64,000 bases of DNA from Antedon mediterranea (lineage: Eukaryota > Animalia > Echinodermata), in the NCBI RefSeq assembly GCF_964355755.1, contig NC_092670.1:35886388-35950387 (forward strand), in the 5' to 3' direction. Each line of letters begins with the position of its first letter. Within the stretch, counting starts at the first letter, position 1. The position numbers and the translations under genes were made by a program. Shown here piece by piece: positions 1-14,095 of this stretch. The notes under the pieces were generated by a model. The model saw nothing but the letters and a program-made list of their open reading frames with translations. It was not told the DNA's origin and searched no databases.

Positions 1-29
1 AAACATTCTTAAGCCTTGTAGCTTCGCTT

Positions 30-165
30 CGGTAGCATATTGCTGGTCATTCAGTAGTGAAACATTACATTTCCAGAACCCAGGTCCCTACCTTGTTTTG
101 TAAGATTGAAAGATAAAGTGATTTTAGAGTGTTCAGTTTTATAACCCGGTTTTATATCAGTTTCA
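30..165 (-). mobile_element. Tx1/L1-clade LINE ORF2 fragment (end of endonuclease domain), frameshifted, inside LOX1 intron 2
   Basis: Minus strand reads ETDIKPGYKTEHSKITLSFNLTKQGR, then a 1-nt frameshift, then GPGFWKCNVSLLNDQQY. This matches the 'SDH...RGPGxWKxNxSLL' signature of Tx1/L1 endonucleases. Confidence 0.7.
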
Positions 166-284
166 ATTCAATTTTTTTTTGCATTTGACAAATCATATGA
201 TGATTTCCTTTGACACTTATGTTTGTTTATTGTTTCAGTACTACACTAAAACTTCTTAGGAACTTTGACTGCAAACACTGTGTC

Positions 285-440
285 TTAAGATTGGTTCCCA
301 CTAGGATGAAACGCAAGGACGTAAATGCAACACAAGCTGACCGATGGCAGGCGACAGTATAATCATCGCTTGTGATGGTCAAAGAACTTGCGTTGCACTT
401 ACGCTATTGCGTGGTGTCCATGTGAAAAACCTAGCTTTAG
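285..440. mobile_element. Degenerate copy of ~180-bp palindromic MITE family A
   Basis: Begins ttaagattggttcccactag and contains acgcaaggacgtaa and atcgcttgtgat...cttgcgttgc, as in the intact copy at 5486-5670. Confidence 0.65.
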
Positions 441-596
441 GGCAACTCCACGTAACTTCAGTTCACGAGAAATTTTAACAAGAGTGGGACATGCCTACAC
501 TAATTGAACCTTTTTGAATTTTGTTAGAACTCTGTGTTTTGTTTCAAACGTCATGGGGAGAGCTTCTACATGGTTGGATAAAGTCATTTGTCTTAC

Positions 597-1514
597 CTCG
601 TAATCATTGGAGAAACTTTCAGTATCTGGAAATTCCTTCACCTGTAATTATAATTCAAATCAAATTAAGCGAAGATACAACAAACATTATGATAACAATA
701 ATGACCATGAGTTAGTAGTTAGCGAAACTAACCTTTTTGACAGTTTCGCTAGCCTGCTCAGACAGAAGGTTAGCTTTTGGGGTTTTTAAAAAAAATAATT
801 AATTCATAGATATCGAAACTAGATTAACATTTTTAATCATAATAATAGTAAACATGATTACGTTAAAAAATATATTTTCCTCTAATAAAATAAAGTACAC
901 TATTGCGTTTATCCTAACAATTATTATAAGTATTGGAATTATACGTCCGAAAAGGTATATTAATTTTAGTAAATGGAAATTATTAACTATTTTTTTTTAG
1001 TTTCTAACGGTTTGGTGTGAGAAATATGTTTACGGACCTGACTTGGCAATCCATCGCCTGCAGGAGCAAACGCATATGTTTTTCTCTTTTCTTCAAGTTC
1101 CTGTTTTCTTTGTTGAGGAAATCTGTCGAATTGCGGCAAGACGCTATCATGTTCCTGAAATTTCATCTTAATTTCAGGTTTGATCCAACGGTGCATTGGA
1201 AAAACATATTCCTTGTTGCGTCCTTTTACCTTTATCCATTCTACATACCACTTATCAGCGCTACGCTTTGTCCGCCATAACTCAAGCTCAGCAATGTCTC
1301 CAAAATCGGCGAGATTTCTGACGGGAAATTCATTAGTACTACCAGCTTGAAAATCATTCTGCCATTTGACGTCCAGATGTATTTCTTGAGATCGTTTTCC
1401 ATCTGCATTCACAAGAAGGACGTAGATGTTTGCATCCGTACCCGCTCCCTGGTGATCACCAGTTTTTACTATTACGGTATACTCCGAACGAAACTTTGAC
1501 ACAATACTTCCCAT
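597..1514 (-). CDS. Lipoxygenase LOX1, 5' part only (exons 1-2; gene continues beyond window start)
   Basis: Exon 1 is 1514-1038 (MGSIVSK...VKTGDHQGAGTDANIY...WYVEWI...FPMHRWI, PLAT domain, GT donor). Exon 2 is 641-597 (VKEFPDTESFSNDYE), the same 45-nt exon as in the paralogs. Confidence 0.92.
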
Positions 1515-2183
1515 ACTGAAATTAAAATTGATCAGAAATTAATATTTGTTAATAATCTACATTCAGCGATAATATATAGACATGAACAAACTGTGAAGGT
1601 TGATGTGATTATGTAAATCCTCTTTCACAGAGATTTGGACCAAGGCTAATGTATAATGATACATCCTTAATACAGTAATCTCAAGTCCAATTGTAGTCTT
1701 TTGCTGCCACCACCGACATTATGAAAACTAGTTCAGCCAAGTAATTTTCCAATAAAAAACAACATAATACTGTGTTTGTAATTCACATTATGTTATGGTA
1801 TTTTATTAATTTTATTTCCTGTTAATTAACCAAGGCACCCAACTAAAATAACGTTACAATTTTAAGCTAGAAGAGTTTCCGTCTTTGTTTGAATACGTTT
1901 CGGTATCTTTTATGTTTTATTTTTTCAACAATTACTTTTCAATAGTAATACAATTGTTTAATTTATTAATGATTAATATGTCAAGTGTGTTATTTTTAAC
2001 TGACAGATAGGAGTGCCGCGAAGAGTTTAGGCCAGGTTTAATCGGATGCTGTATGCCGCACCTATCTCAGACGACGACCTTCGTTAGAGACTTAACCAAC
2101 AAGCGGTCGAAAATCGCATCGATACGTGAAGACCGGTAAGAAATTTCCCGAATTTAGATAATCGATTATCCCCAGCTTACTCT

Positions 2184-2345
2184 TAAGCTCTGTCTGCACA
2201 ATCAAACTAGTTTGACAAAAAAGTGTGATTGCTTCCAAAATACGGTGGTGATAATGGCAAAATATAGTAGTGTTTGGTATCATCATGTCCATATATGGAC
2301 AACATTTTGTTGTCACATAAAGATTGATAGTGTGGACAGAGCTTA
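2184..2345. mobile_element. MITE with TIR AGCTCTGTCT(A/G)CAC(T/A)ATCAA; partial second copy at ~32758-32870
   Basis: aagctctgtctgcacaatcaa...ttgatagtgtggacagagctt inverted termini; the same left end recurs near 32760. Confidence 0.7.
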
Positions 2346-2964
2346 CATTTGGTAAACGCCTTGAACAAATTGCTTGGTCCAATACATTCAAAGCATAGGC
2401 CTATTATATTATTTTGATTGAATACAGATTATGTAGATTTATTTTACCGTATTTGTTCAAGCTTAGGCTTATTTTATTTTCAATACAATTAAATGTTGTT
2501 TTCTTTTATTTAGGTCTAATAGAGCGTTAATCGTGTAAATAACAGCTTGATTGAGCTTACATAATTATGGTTAGTTATTATGCGCAAAAACAGGATTAAT
2601 ATTACATCACATATAAGTTACGGTACGGAAATCCAATATCTTTATTATTATATACAATTTTTTTTTCAGAAATAAAGATTTATGATAAATTTGTTTAATG
2701 TATAATAAAAACAATGTTTAACTTTACGAAAGTTAATTTACGTTAATTTATACATAAAACTCAATGTTTGTCATAATATATTAGTATATACATCATCTTT
2801 TATTTTTTTAAACCATATTTAATGAGGGTGATTCATCCAGCAATTGCTGATCATTAGGGACCATTAGAGGTTACAAAACAAACATACACACGATGCTCTA
2901 CATAAACAAAGTCTTATTACAATTCTGGGAGTGGAATTGTAATTTTGTTCTTAAAAAAATCCTG

Positions 2965-3032
2965 ACATGTGACGGGATTTGAACCTACCCTTGGAGTGGT
3001 AGCCAAGCATCATAACTACCAAGCCAAACTCC
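2965..3032 (-). mobile_element. Degenerate tRNA-derived SINE head
   Basis: Minus strand has A-box-like tggcttggtag and B-box ggttcaaatcc; no intact cloverleaf. Confidence 0.4.
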
Positions 3033-3538
3033 ACTCCTAATCATCAAATTTAAATAGACATAATCCTAAAAGCTATAAAAAAAACTACGTTAAAAATAAC
3101 TAGGCCTTTAACGATAGTACCGAGAATTTGTATTCTGCCAAACCTTCATCCGGGTGTGTAATTCCCTTGACCTCAAATGACCTAACACATTCTTGTAATA
3201 ATGAAGATAACTAAACCAAGTTTTACGATTATTATTATGAATATGCATTTTGCAAACTAACCACAGCTGTTTGTTCCAACCCCTTTCCAATCCTATAATA
3301 TTTGTCTTACTTTGGAGACGCTTTTCTTTTTCACGATTTATTTACACAACTGACGTGCCATTATATATTTGTGAAAATTGTGAATTAACCTGTATATAAA
3401 TCAAATAATGTATAACGTCATGGTCTTCGAATTTCTTGAACTGGGATTAATCCAACTGGTTCGCAAATATAATAACTAATTGTTCTACAATAGAATAACC
3501 GAAGTGCAATAAAGCGGACAGACAGGTGGAATACTTAC

Positions 3539-3591
3539 CCTTGTCTAAATAATATAACACTTTTTCCAAACACAAGTGGCATAAATTTATA
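3539..3591 (-). promoter_or_regulatory. Candidate TATA box and short non-coding first exon of LOX1
   Basis: Minus strand TATAAAT at 3591-3585, followed ~45 nt later by a consensus donor AGG|GTAAGT at 3538. The LOX1 ATG is preceded by a splice acceptor, so an upstream exon is needed. Confidence 0.35.
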
Positions 3592-5485
3592 GGGTGGGCT
3601 TGGTTACGACAGAGATCCTATTCGGAGCAATAACACGGCGTACGTAACTTCTCGTGTGCATGTGGCGGGATACCATTGAGGCTCCATGGTGATACGATAT
3701 ACAAATGAAGCTTTCTGATGTAGGTAAACCACATTAGAACACCTTTATTAATGCTTACCATGACGTAAGCTTGTGTGCCAATGCGCGCCGTTATGACTAT
3801 TAAGTACTAACAACCATCTAAAAAATACTTTCGAAACAATATATTATATTCTAGGGCAAGAATATGTTTTAATCCGTGCCAGCTTTGTACGCATGCACGG
3901 TGCCAGTTTAAGTATTATAATCATAACATGCAATGTAAAAATTTAGATTTAACCACGCATTACATAATCATATGCAGTAAAGTTAAATTTGTCTCTATCA
4001 ATGTGTTTCCATAAGGAAACAACGAATCGACGTTACGGTTTTTATACATGGCACAGAACCGTTTTCTGGAGAATACCTTATGGATATTTTAGTGGGAACC
4101 CCACGTGTCATGCACCGCGTATTTTAGGCTCTTCAGCTATATACTATACTACTTTGCTGTATACAGGCCTACTCACTTGAGCAAAGTATGTCGCGTGGAG
4201 TAGGCAGAGGCGAGACGTTTTACTGAGCTGGGTGAACTAATTCACTTTCTATCCAAATGAAACAAAGACAATATTTCCACAATTGTTTTGATTTAATATT
4301 CAAATTCTTATATTATCAAATAAACCTTTCAAAAATTTCCTTTCGTTTCAAGTTTTATATTATCTTACGATTGTTACCCCATTATACTATTATTTTTGAT
4401 ATATTAGGTTTAAACGTAAGTGGTTATTGCCGTCCTCCAGATGGCCAATAAGCGATCGAGAAAGTGGTGATATAAATCATTTAATTAACAAACAAAATAA
4501 AAGAAGTCACATTGTTCTATGACGTAAGAAATGTCAGAAACCCATCTGGTCGGGTAACAAATTAAGTTGTTGCAATAATATGTCATTATAGTGTGAAAAT
4601 AAATGTGTATACCTTTCTGAATTATGAAGAAAGTATAAATGTTAATCATTTTGATGATTTCAAAAGTTCTAAGTTATACTCGTTATGACGGCCCTAAATC
4701 TAATAGAATAGTGGAAATACAAATGTAATACGATACATACCTGAAATTTGCAGCCATCAAGTGTAAAGTGAATTACACCAGCTAACAGTGAGTTCCCAAG
4801 TTTCGTGATACACATCATTGCTTCTTTTATAATATCATACAGGTTATCATTTCCAGGTCAGTTATTGGTCGACTTACCACCAATACGAAAGAAGAAAGGA
4901 AAATAATTCTCTAATAACAACCAGTCTTTTATTATTTTTGAATCTAATCAAAACTAGAATATTTACACCGGTGATATTTAGTTAAAGTTTATTGTCAAGT
5001 GAATACTAAAGAAGTGCATTGTATGCAATACCTTTGTATACGTATTTAAATCACAATATGGCGTCTCAATTACTATCCATAATCTTATTTACCTTTCCTA
5101 ACAAGAATATAACATTTGTATTACCTCAATAAAAAATAAAATAAAATAAAATACAAAAGTGTTTTGCTGCATTTATGTCAAATGTCAATCCCCGCAGACA
5201 TTGTATAGAAAAGTGATGTTTGTAGGCCATAGTTACTTCCTTGTTGTGGTGTAGGCCCTATATTTCTTTGATTTGTTTGTTACCGTAACTAGATTATTTC
5301 AGCTCAAGATTAATTCATTCATTCCTCTTTATTTTGGACTTCTTATTCATGGAAAACAATACATTAACAAAGATAATCATACAATACATGAGTTTAACTG
5401 TGTACTTAAACTTGACTTAAACAACAAGTCATTGAAATAAAATGGAGAAAAAATATAACAGATATCACATGATGAAAGATATTTC

Positions 5486-5670
5486 TAAAGCGTGGTTCCC
5501 ATTAGAACGTAACGCAAGGACCTAAACGGAACGCAAGCGTTTTAACCAATGACAAGCGAAGTTATAGACAGTTAGCAATCACAAGCGAATAAGCCATCGC
5601 TTGTGATTGGTCAATTCACTTGCGTTGCGTTACGTCCTTGCGTTGCGCCGCTAGTGGGAACCACGCTTTA
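5486..5670. mobile_element. Palindromic MITE family A, intact copy
   Basis: taaagcgtggttccca...tgggaaccacgcttta termini with an internal fold-back; near-identical to 36779-36963. Confidence 0.88.
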
Positions 5671-6225
5671 AGAAAGAATATAATGAAACCGTTCTCATAC
5701 AAGAAAAGGAAACTAAAAGGAACATACAAAAAGAAATTGGGGGAGCTAAATGTAGGCAAATTGTTATGAATATTGTATGTTATTTTTAACATTAATTATT
5801 CAACTTTTATTTTGTTACATATCTTATTTCTAAAATACGGCCACTATTACAAACAAGGTTTCAGGGAACTTACATTAAACAGTATAAGTATCTACCACCG
5901 GATCTACCGGTGACCAGGTCTAAGAAATTTGGATATTCTTGAAAGTGCTGTTGAAATAAATATCACAGACAACATAACTGACAACACAATGACAGAAACG
6001 CATAGACACATACACTATATAGGCAGAAACACAACGCGTGTATACAACACGAGCGGAATGTGCGAGGATGAGATAGGTAATCGGTTTGATAAAATACAAA
6101 TCATACAACCCGTACAAGAGAATCTCCAAATACCCTAACACCAAGAAAACTTCTGGGTTCACACATTCTTTTGATATAGCGATCATGTTATCGTTGTATA
6201 CTGTTATTGTTGGTATATTGTTACT

Positions 6226-9200
6226 CTATATACTGATAGAGTTCGGGACAGCTATAGGGTGCAAATCGGTGTACTCCGTTTCTCTCTCTCTGTTTCTCTC
6301 ATCGATGTTTGCTGATATGGTTTCTAGTGCTCTTTTAAACCTGAAAATGAATGAGAGAGAATATTTAAAATATACCCATAATTGAAATATTAAATGATAA
6401 TAATATGATAACGATGATATGATGAAGTTATGGATACTATACAGTAATGCTAATGATTGCACTTACTGTCGAACAGCTTTCGTTCCCACTGGATCGAATT
6501 GATAGTCAACCTCAAATTCTCCCAAGCCATTCGTTCCTTTCACACTTAATAATTTTGTAATTTTCATCACTTCTAAAGTTTTGCCTTTATCCGGCAACGC
6601 GTTTACTATATCTTTCTCTTGTTTAGGATTCTGTAACAAAATGTTATAAATAAAATGTAAAACTTGTTTTTTTTAGTCGCGTACAACTAGACTCTACAGC
6701 TCACTATGTCGGTTGGTCGGTCGGTCGGTTAGTCGGTAAACACTAACTTGAACACGCGACTGCAGCCATGTATATGGCCTTATTAGTGTGTTCAAGCAGG
6801 GAGATGTAAAATAGTGGACTACCTTACCGCTTGCGTAAGCTACGCCAGTCTTACGCCCTGCGTGTCAACGTACCCTGTTTCGACCTACCTTATTCTTAGG
6901 TGGTCTAGCATTTAACATTGATGGGTAATGTGGTGGGAAACCATAGTTATCATACTGTCGAAAGTTTACCGCCGCGTGCATCACACTACTGGTGAAGATG
7001 ATAGCTGTAACTGCTTGTGCTATCTCTTTTGCAGCTCTAAAACCGCCTTCTCCGGGTATGCCTTGAATGCCGCATCCACCAGAAATAACTGGTGACGATA
7101 GTGTTTTGTGCCAATCTTGTAATTCATAATCAGAATCAATTTTATCTGGCATGTCTGAAAAATTGGAAATGAATAGTTATTTCAAAGACAAAAGGATATA
7201 CTTTTTGAGACTTTAAAACGTCTATTGTATTATTAGTCAGTCAGCTATGACGTGCAGTGTTTAATTGAAAGCAATTATATGCTTTGTTTTTCTAGTTAAA
7301 AAAAACCCCAAAAACATACCGTAGTGTGCGTTTACAACTTTCACTACATATTTCGATATCACGTGCCATAAAAGAAGACCATCGTCCCTGTAGTGGTAGT
7401 TGGGTAGTACATTCGGGTTATAAACACCACGTGACTCGAGTTCTCTTGGGAATGTGCCGTCTACATCAAGTCGCCATGTTTTAAATCGCCGTCGGATTAT
7501 TTCAAACATACCGAGTCGACCTATTGACATCGTTCGATCGACAAATCCACCTTTATTGATGAGTTCTTCTAACCCTAATCTAAAAATTCGAATGCAAAAT
7601 TATAACAATGTAAAATATGGAGAATGCCAATGTTATGTATAGGATATAGTTATATATTCTTTTGACACTGTAATTCACTGAAGTACTGTTAGCACATTTA
7701 GCTGTTAAAGTAACATAGTTTTCTTTTTTAAATTAATTTATGTAGGCCTGCGTGGACCTTCCATGGGAATCACTCGTTCGTTCGTCCGTAGCACCAGTTA
7801 ACCAACAACAAAAAACCGCTTGTTGAAAATGGGATGCTTTATTGCATTACTCTTTTTATTTGTGAGCAGGAAACTTAAACAATTTAGAAAGCGACTAAGG
7901 TCTTGTAAGCCATTGCGGATAGGCGTGTGATTAGATTGAAGACTGATACCGGACTTGTTTTTTATCTTTTTTGACTGATACCGGACTTAACAAACTAAAA
8001 GGATATGGCGGTTCAAAGACGATGTTTGTTGTGTGTTTTTTTTAAATCAGAGAAGAATGAAATTCACTCTTCCCTGTTTTTGATTAACAAAATCCTCTAC
8101 GTTCTGCTTCTCTGTCTTTTAGTTTATTAGAAGCACTGGTATGACACTGCCATTGTGTATAGACACGTAAGGGGTATTTCTTTGTAAACGAGGTGGGGGA
8201 GGGTGGGTGGTAGATGGGGAAAAGAGCGGGATTTATAAAACAAATATTATCAATTAAAAAAAAACAATCTCCATCTTTATTCTTCGTATTGTCTTACGTG
8301 TAACATCCACGCGGCACACGACGAAAGCCTCGCAGTCGCGTGTTATGCATTTAAAGCTATAATATAAGCATTGTTAGATAATTGCATTCGAATAATACTA
8401 TAGATAAAAACAGTTTATCCGAATGTCAAAAGAGGGCGCAAAAATAGCATAATGTGTAAAGCTTATGTGATAGCTTGGTACATGGTAAATAAACTTACGG
8501 GAAACAGTAATCAAATCACTATAAAATCCAGTAACCAGTTTTACCAATTTCCACATAACATTTTTTTGTCGTATTGGTTAGGCCTACAGAAAGCGTTACG
8601 TGGAAATAAAAATGTTTGTGGGACCGACGGCCAAATCCCCAACCCCAACAAACCTTTTCATGATTTTTAGTCTTATTATTGTTAAAAATGTATAGTTATT
8701 TATGTAAATCTACTTTAGATATATAAACAAATCACCGCCCGTATAATGAAACAAATACACGTACTTGTTTATTGCAAATAGGTACAAGAAATGAGGAGCC
8801 ATTAAACGATAAAGAGGATGTGAGGGCGACAGACAACTGTGAGTGGCAGCTGCCATACTCTCTACAATAAGATGCGTCATCCCAAGATGCTTCGCAGACT
8901 GGTGGTATGACGCGTCAGCATTGTTGAACCACATCTTAGCAAACATCCACGTGTATTCGTTGTCAGTTGGAAGAAACACCTGTTCAAAACAAAAGTGACG
9001 TCAGAATTAAGCAGTTATGTTTCTGGTTTCTTATTGGATACTAAAAGGGGATACGTTACTTATATGCTAACCCAGGATGATGACAGTTACAGTCACATGC
9101 GAGATATTTTAAGAATGTATTAACCACATGGGTAGGATTTGTGTTTACGAATTGGCGCGGCGGGTCGCAGTGTGATAGGCCTGATTCTTACTGTCATCTT

Positions 9201-11875
9201 GTGAATTTGGCACAATGAGCCTGCCTTTAAAAAGACATCACGGTGGAATTGCTTAAAGGTATACTCATTGCATCGGAATTTAGCCTTTAAGGCATTGCAA
9301 CAACTACATAATACGATTTCATTTTCATTCAAGAAATCAATTGGAATGTGGTGGAGTTAGGAAGTCGCAAGCTAACTGAATGGTCATAGATTGAGGTAAG
9401 TAACTTACATGTTTGAATTCCATTTGTAGTATACTACTAAGGACTCAAATACAGTCCCATGTTTGATTTATCGTATTGTTTCAAGTATTGGATGGTTGGT
9501 ATAGATAATTGGTTTCAGGCGACATTTGGAACCGCGAAATTTTTTTTTATCGCGATTAAAATACACATAGAATGTAACAGTTAAATTATTAAATAATATA
9601 AATAATTAGAGTTGTATTTTAAAATGAAATATTGACACGTTACCGGATTGTCGTCTGCCTTGTCTTGAAACAGTTGAATAGCAATCGGCAGTAGCTGCGA
9701 ATCTCTATTGACAAAGAAAAGAGCGATCGGACTGCATAGCTAAAATAAAAGAAACCAAGATAGAAGTTGTTTCAGCATAGTGAGACATGGGTTAGTCACA
9801 TGTCATGCAAATGAGTTTGCCTCGTATTACTTTCTTAAATGTTAAATTCTTCGTGTTTCAATAATTGTTTTAAATATTCTCCATAACATATTAAAATTCT
9901 ATTTGAGGTCAAAATGAACCCCGCCACAACACCAGCCTTTACGAAGATATAAGCGATTTGAATATTTTGGCCACCATCTTGTAAAGGCCCATAAAAGACA
10001 CCACGGGGTTACAGATTGGGTAGCAACGTTTTTCTGGTTTATTTTGACCCACAAAAGATATTTAGACAAGTTGCAAAGTTTCATCACGCATTGCACACGG
10101 GACCCTATTTTATGAAATCTTTGAACCTGACTTAGTTATTTTTTCGACTGTGTCAAGATTCAAATACCTTTGTCTGTCATTTTGTTCTATACCTTGTTAC
10201 GCTTGTCTGTTGTTGTTATTCCCTTCAATATTTTCAGGTCTACAATAAACATGCGTTTCTTTCTAATGGCGACCGCTAACGTCAACCCTTCCATAAGGGG
10301 TTGAATCATCTTCTTTGTTACACCAAAACTAATGTTTAGAATAAATATAGTTATTTAAAGTATGCAAATTTAAGTCAGTATGCTAAATATAATTTGTAAC
10401 TTGTAAATGTCAGGTTAATGTAAATTTAACATAATGCAGGGGTAGATCGAATAGGTTGTGCTAGATTTCTTTGACAGAGAGCATGCGACATTATTTAATT
10501 TAGTAAGCACATGCACGTATAAGTTATAGATATGTCACTGCGTGTCTCCTTCAAAACGTAATGAATGTACTTCTACAAAATAGGGATGAAATGACCACAT
10601 GGGGTAGGCCTATGATAAATATTAACCTTATCCCGCTAATAAAAAAAATTCAGGATAACAGGCCTATCATTATACCATTGTGCTGCTTTAAATGATAGGC
10701 CTATACGTAAACTAGAAACAGTGTATATAATAAATAAGTTGAGAAAATGAATTGGCCTACTTGTTTGGAATGTATGTGCAGAGTCGTATAATTCCAGGAT
10801 TGCAGCCCGTCAGACGTTGCCTTCCGAATTCAATGTCTGATCTCCAACAATGCATTCCCTGAAATTTAAATAAAAAGATAACAAGTTTATAAACCAATTC
10901 AATATAAGTCTACATAATTAACATTCAATTTAATATTCAATACGATACAATAACAACATGTTTATCTTATGTGGCAGATATATCGAAGTATGCCTACTTA
11001 CGGCAGGCACCGGGAAAGAGTTGCGGTTGTAAATATTTGCTAAATCATCTAGATTTTTCCAACGTCCTGTAGTAAATTTTATTATTTTTCCATCAATTTT
11101 GTCCAGCAATATTGTCTTGAATAGTTTCCACTAAAAATACATAATAATTAAAAAGATTTAGTATATATCATACGGAAATGGGTTTATTTTATGTGAAAGT
11201 AGTTTTTACTTTATGAAACGTTTCTATAACTAACCTGGTAATCGTTGGAGAAACTTTCAATTTTTGGAAATGTTGTAACCTTAAAAGAAAATACACATGA
11301 ATATTAGAAACTATTTAATCTTTTGTTATCATCAATAAAAAGAAAAGAAATTGAGAAAAAAAAAATCACTTTACCTGACAGGGTATTCCATTGTGCTTAG
11401 GAGCAAATGCATATATTCTCTTCTTTTCTGCCAACTCAATCTTCCTCTGTTGAGGAAACTTGTCAAACTGAGGCAGAACACAATCATATTCTTGAAATTG
11501 CATTCTGTGGTTCGGCACGATCCAACGGTGTATTGGAAATATAAATACCTTCTCATTACCCTGTATTTCTATCCATTCTAAATACCATCGATCGGATTGT
11601 CGTCCAGTCCGCCATAATTCCAGCTCTGTGACGTCACCGAAGTACGGAAGACCTCTGACTGAAAATCGGTCGGTGTTACCGGCTTCAAAATCGTTGTTCC
11701 ACGTGCAGTTAAGATGAATTTCGTTTGAGCAAGCGCCAGCACTGTTAACAAGGATTACGTAGATATTTGCATTCGTACCGGCTCCACTGTGATCTCCTGT
11801 CTTTACAAAAATCGTATAGTTGATATTGCTACGAATGTGATTCACAGGAATACCCCTCGAAGTGTGGCTTCCCAT
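6226..11875 (-). CDS. Lipoxygenase LOX2, 11 exons, 674 aa (Gly at stereo-determinant, predicted R-type)
   Basis: Exons 11875-11375, 11279-11235, 11130-11002, 10858-10761, 10328-10193, 9739-9644, 8979-8765, 7579-7320, 7154-6889, 6630-6467, 6340-6226 (2025 nt, in frame, all GT-AG). Motifs: PLAT, FGRQRLTGCNP, WMFAKMW, HQSAKHLGMTHL, HAAVNF and C-terminal PNSISI (Fe ligands). Confidence 0.95.
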
Positions 11876-14095
11876 GCTGAAATCAATGTTTATTATTTAA
11901 GAAACGTCAATATTACCCAATTTATATTTCGAGTTTTTATTGAGTATATCCGATATTTTTGTACATTTATTATACCAACCTTGTTTTTGTACGGCTCTAT
12001 TTCGGATTAAACCGATAAGAACAAAGGATTAGTAAAGATTTGTAATTAACCTTATTCCATAGAAGGAGCATTACAATTTAATAAAGCATTATCCCACTTA
12101 AAATTCCAAAGAGCCTACCAACGAAAATTTGCAAAGTTGATAGAGATACGAACAGACTTCAAAATGAGATCGACGTTTCTCTATTTTGAGCAAGGAATTA
12201 TTTTTTATCTTTACTATAATAATATACAACACACTAAAATGTAATATTTCGGTCTCTTTTTGACAGTTGTTTGTAAATACTTTATTTGTCACTCTCGTCA
12301 CATAATAACATAATATAAAGTCATAATATGACAAAAAAAACCAATACAATCAGCTTTCGCTATTCGAGTTTTGGCCTTTAACGTATAAATACGTTAATCG
12401 TTAACACAATTGATTTGTAAAATTAAATGAAATAAGTTTTAATAAAATATTATAACGTTGTTATTGCATTAACGTTTTGTATCAATTTAAGAGCCCCAAT
12501 TAATAAAACGTTTCTTTTCTAACTATTCAATATTTGTATTTAGCAAGATTCGTATCAGGTACCGTACGGTAATAAAGTTATGGTTGATAAGAAAGAATTT
12601 AAACTATAGTTCCTTGTTATGCAATTTATAATGCTGATAGTTATATTGAACTAATATTTTTTTATTTTTTATTTTATTTCATCATCACCCTACAGTGACC
12701 AAACGTCACCATTAACAGGGTTGAAAGTCGTAAAATATAATATAATATATACAAGCAAAAATCAACAGATAACAAGACAACATTTAAATATTACTGACAT
12801 TGGACAAAACCTTGTTGCTGACAGTAGACAAAACCTTATTGTATAGTTATTTTAGAGTAGGCATACTTTCATTTACCAACAATCTTTTTAGACCAATATT
12901 TAAATTAATTTTATAAATTTTTATATATATTTATAATAATAAATTAACACATTATCTGAATAATAGGAATAATTCTACTGTATAACCAATAATTATGATA
13001 GTTTATAAAAATTAAAGTACTTACTTGAATAAATAATAGTGAATAATAGCCTTTAGTATGTTCCAAATTGTAACAGATATTTAAAAATTCAATGTTTCTG
13101 TGTTCTTACAGTCTTCTTCCAAAAGCAAATGAACTTAAATAGTTTCGAGCGTATGCCACTAATGACTGGGCTTAACATATGGGTGACAATCTAATTAGAA
13201 CAGGAACTGCTGACCAGTCTTAAGTCCAAGGGATAAGTACAGGAATTTGTAAATGTCACACAAGTATTCAGATATTGGATTTTTGGGATTTCGTCTTGAG
13301 AAAAGACTTACTATTCAATTGTGATATGGATTTTGAGCTTAATTGAGTGGAGTCGGTTTCTAGGGAAATGTATATAATGTCACAAAGAATATTTTAGAGA
13401 TATCGGTATTGGACTGTTCCTTCACAAAACTAATTTGTGGAGTTTGAACGTACTGCAGTAGAATTGGAGTTCTTGAATAATTTTGTGTGAGTGGAGAATG
13501 GTTATTAAGTTTTGAAGCTTGGTTGAGTTGACCTGATGGAGTTTATCGGTGGAATGGAGTATTCCATGGTAAAGGAAATTATAGCTATACATGTAGAGAA
13601 GTTGTAGATGCATGTATGAATTGTATCTGACAAATCTAGGGGTATAATTTGTAGTTGTAGGTTAACTTTCCGTATTAACATATTTAATAGGCCTATACAT
13701 TTATTTACATCCACGTGTGCAGTATTACAATAGTAAATGATTATGATTGTGTTCAAATCATACCAAGAGTAAGAAAAAGAAAATTATTACAACTATACCA
13801 ACTGATATTAAGAGTGTATCCATAATCATTTAACAAAGAATCGATTATATTTATCCACATAAGTTTCAACCGTGATATATTAAATTGTTTCTGTACAGTC
13901 ACTCTGCGCATATTTCTGAGCGTGTGACGAATGACATTTCGACTCGACAGCCTGCGTGCAGTCGAGTGTGATACGAAGCATCGCTTTATACAAAGATGCA
14001 TTTCAACGAGCTCTACCAACCTAATGCCAGTGCGAAATATTCAGAATCGTAGTGTATTCGTATATTCGTTACCGGTAGTGTTTTTATAGTTTTTT

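Noticed and set aside
1515-6225. Catalase-like allene oxide synthase domain fused upstream of a LOX (coral-type AOS-LOX)
   Set aside because: I found no catalase-like exons in this or any other inter-LOX spacer; the LOXs appear stand-alone.
12900-13760. Possible decayed LINE; ORFs 13422-13756
   Set aside because: Only faint resemblance to a LINE 3' end, with no motif I can support.
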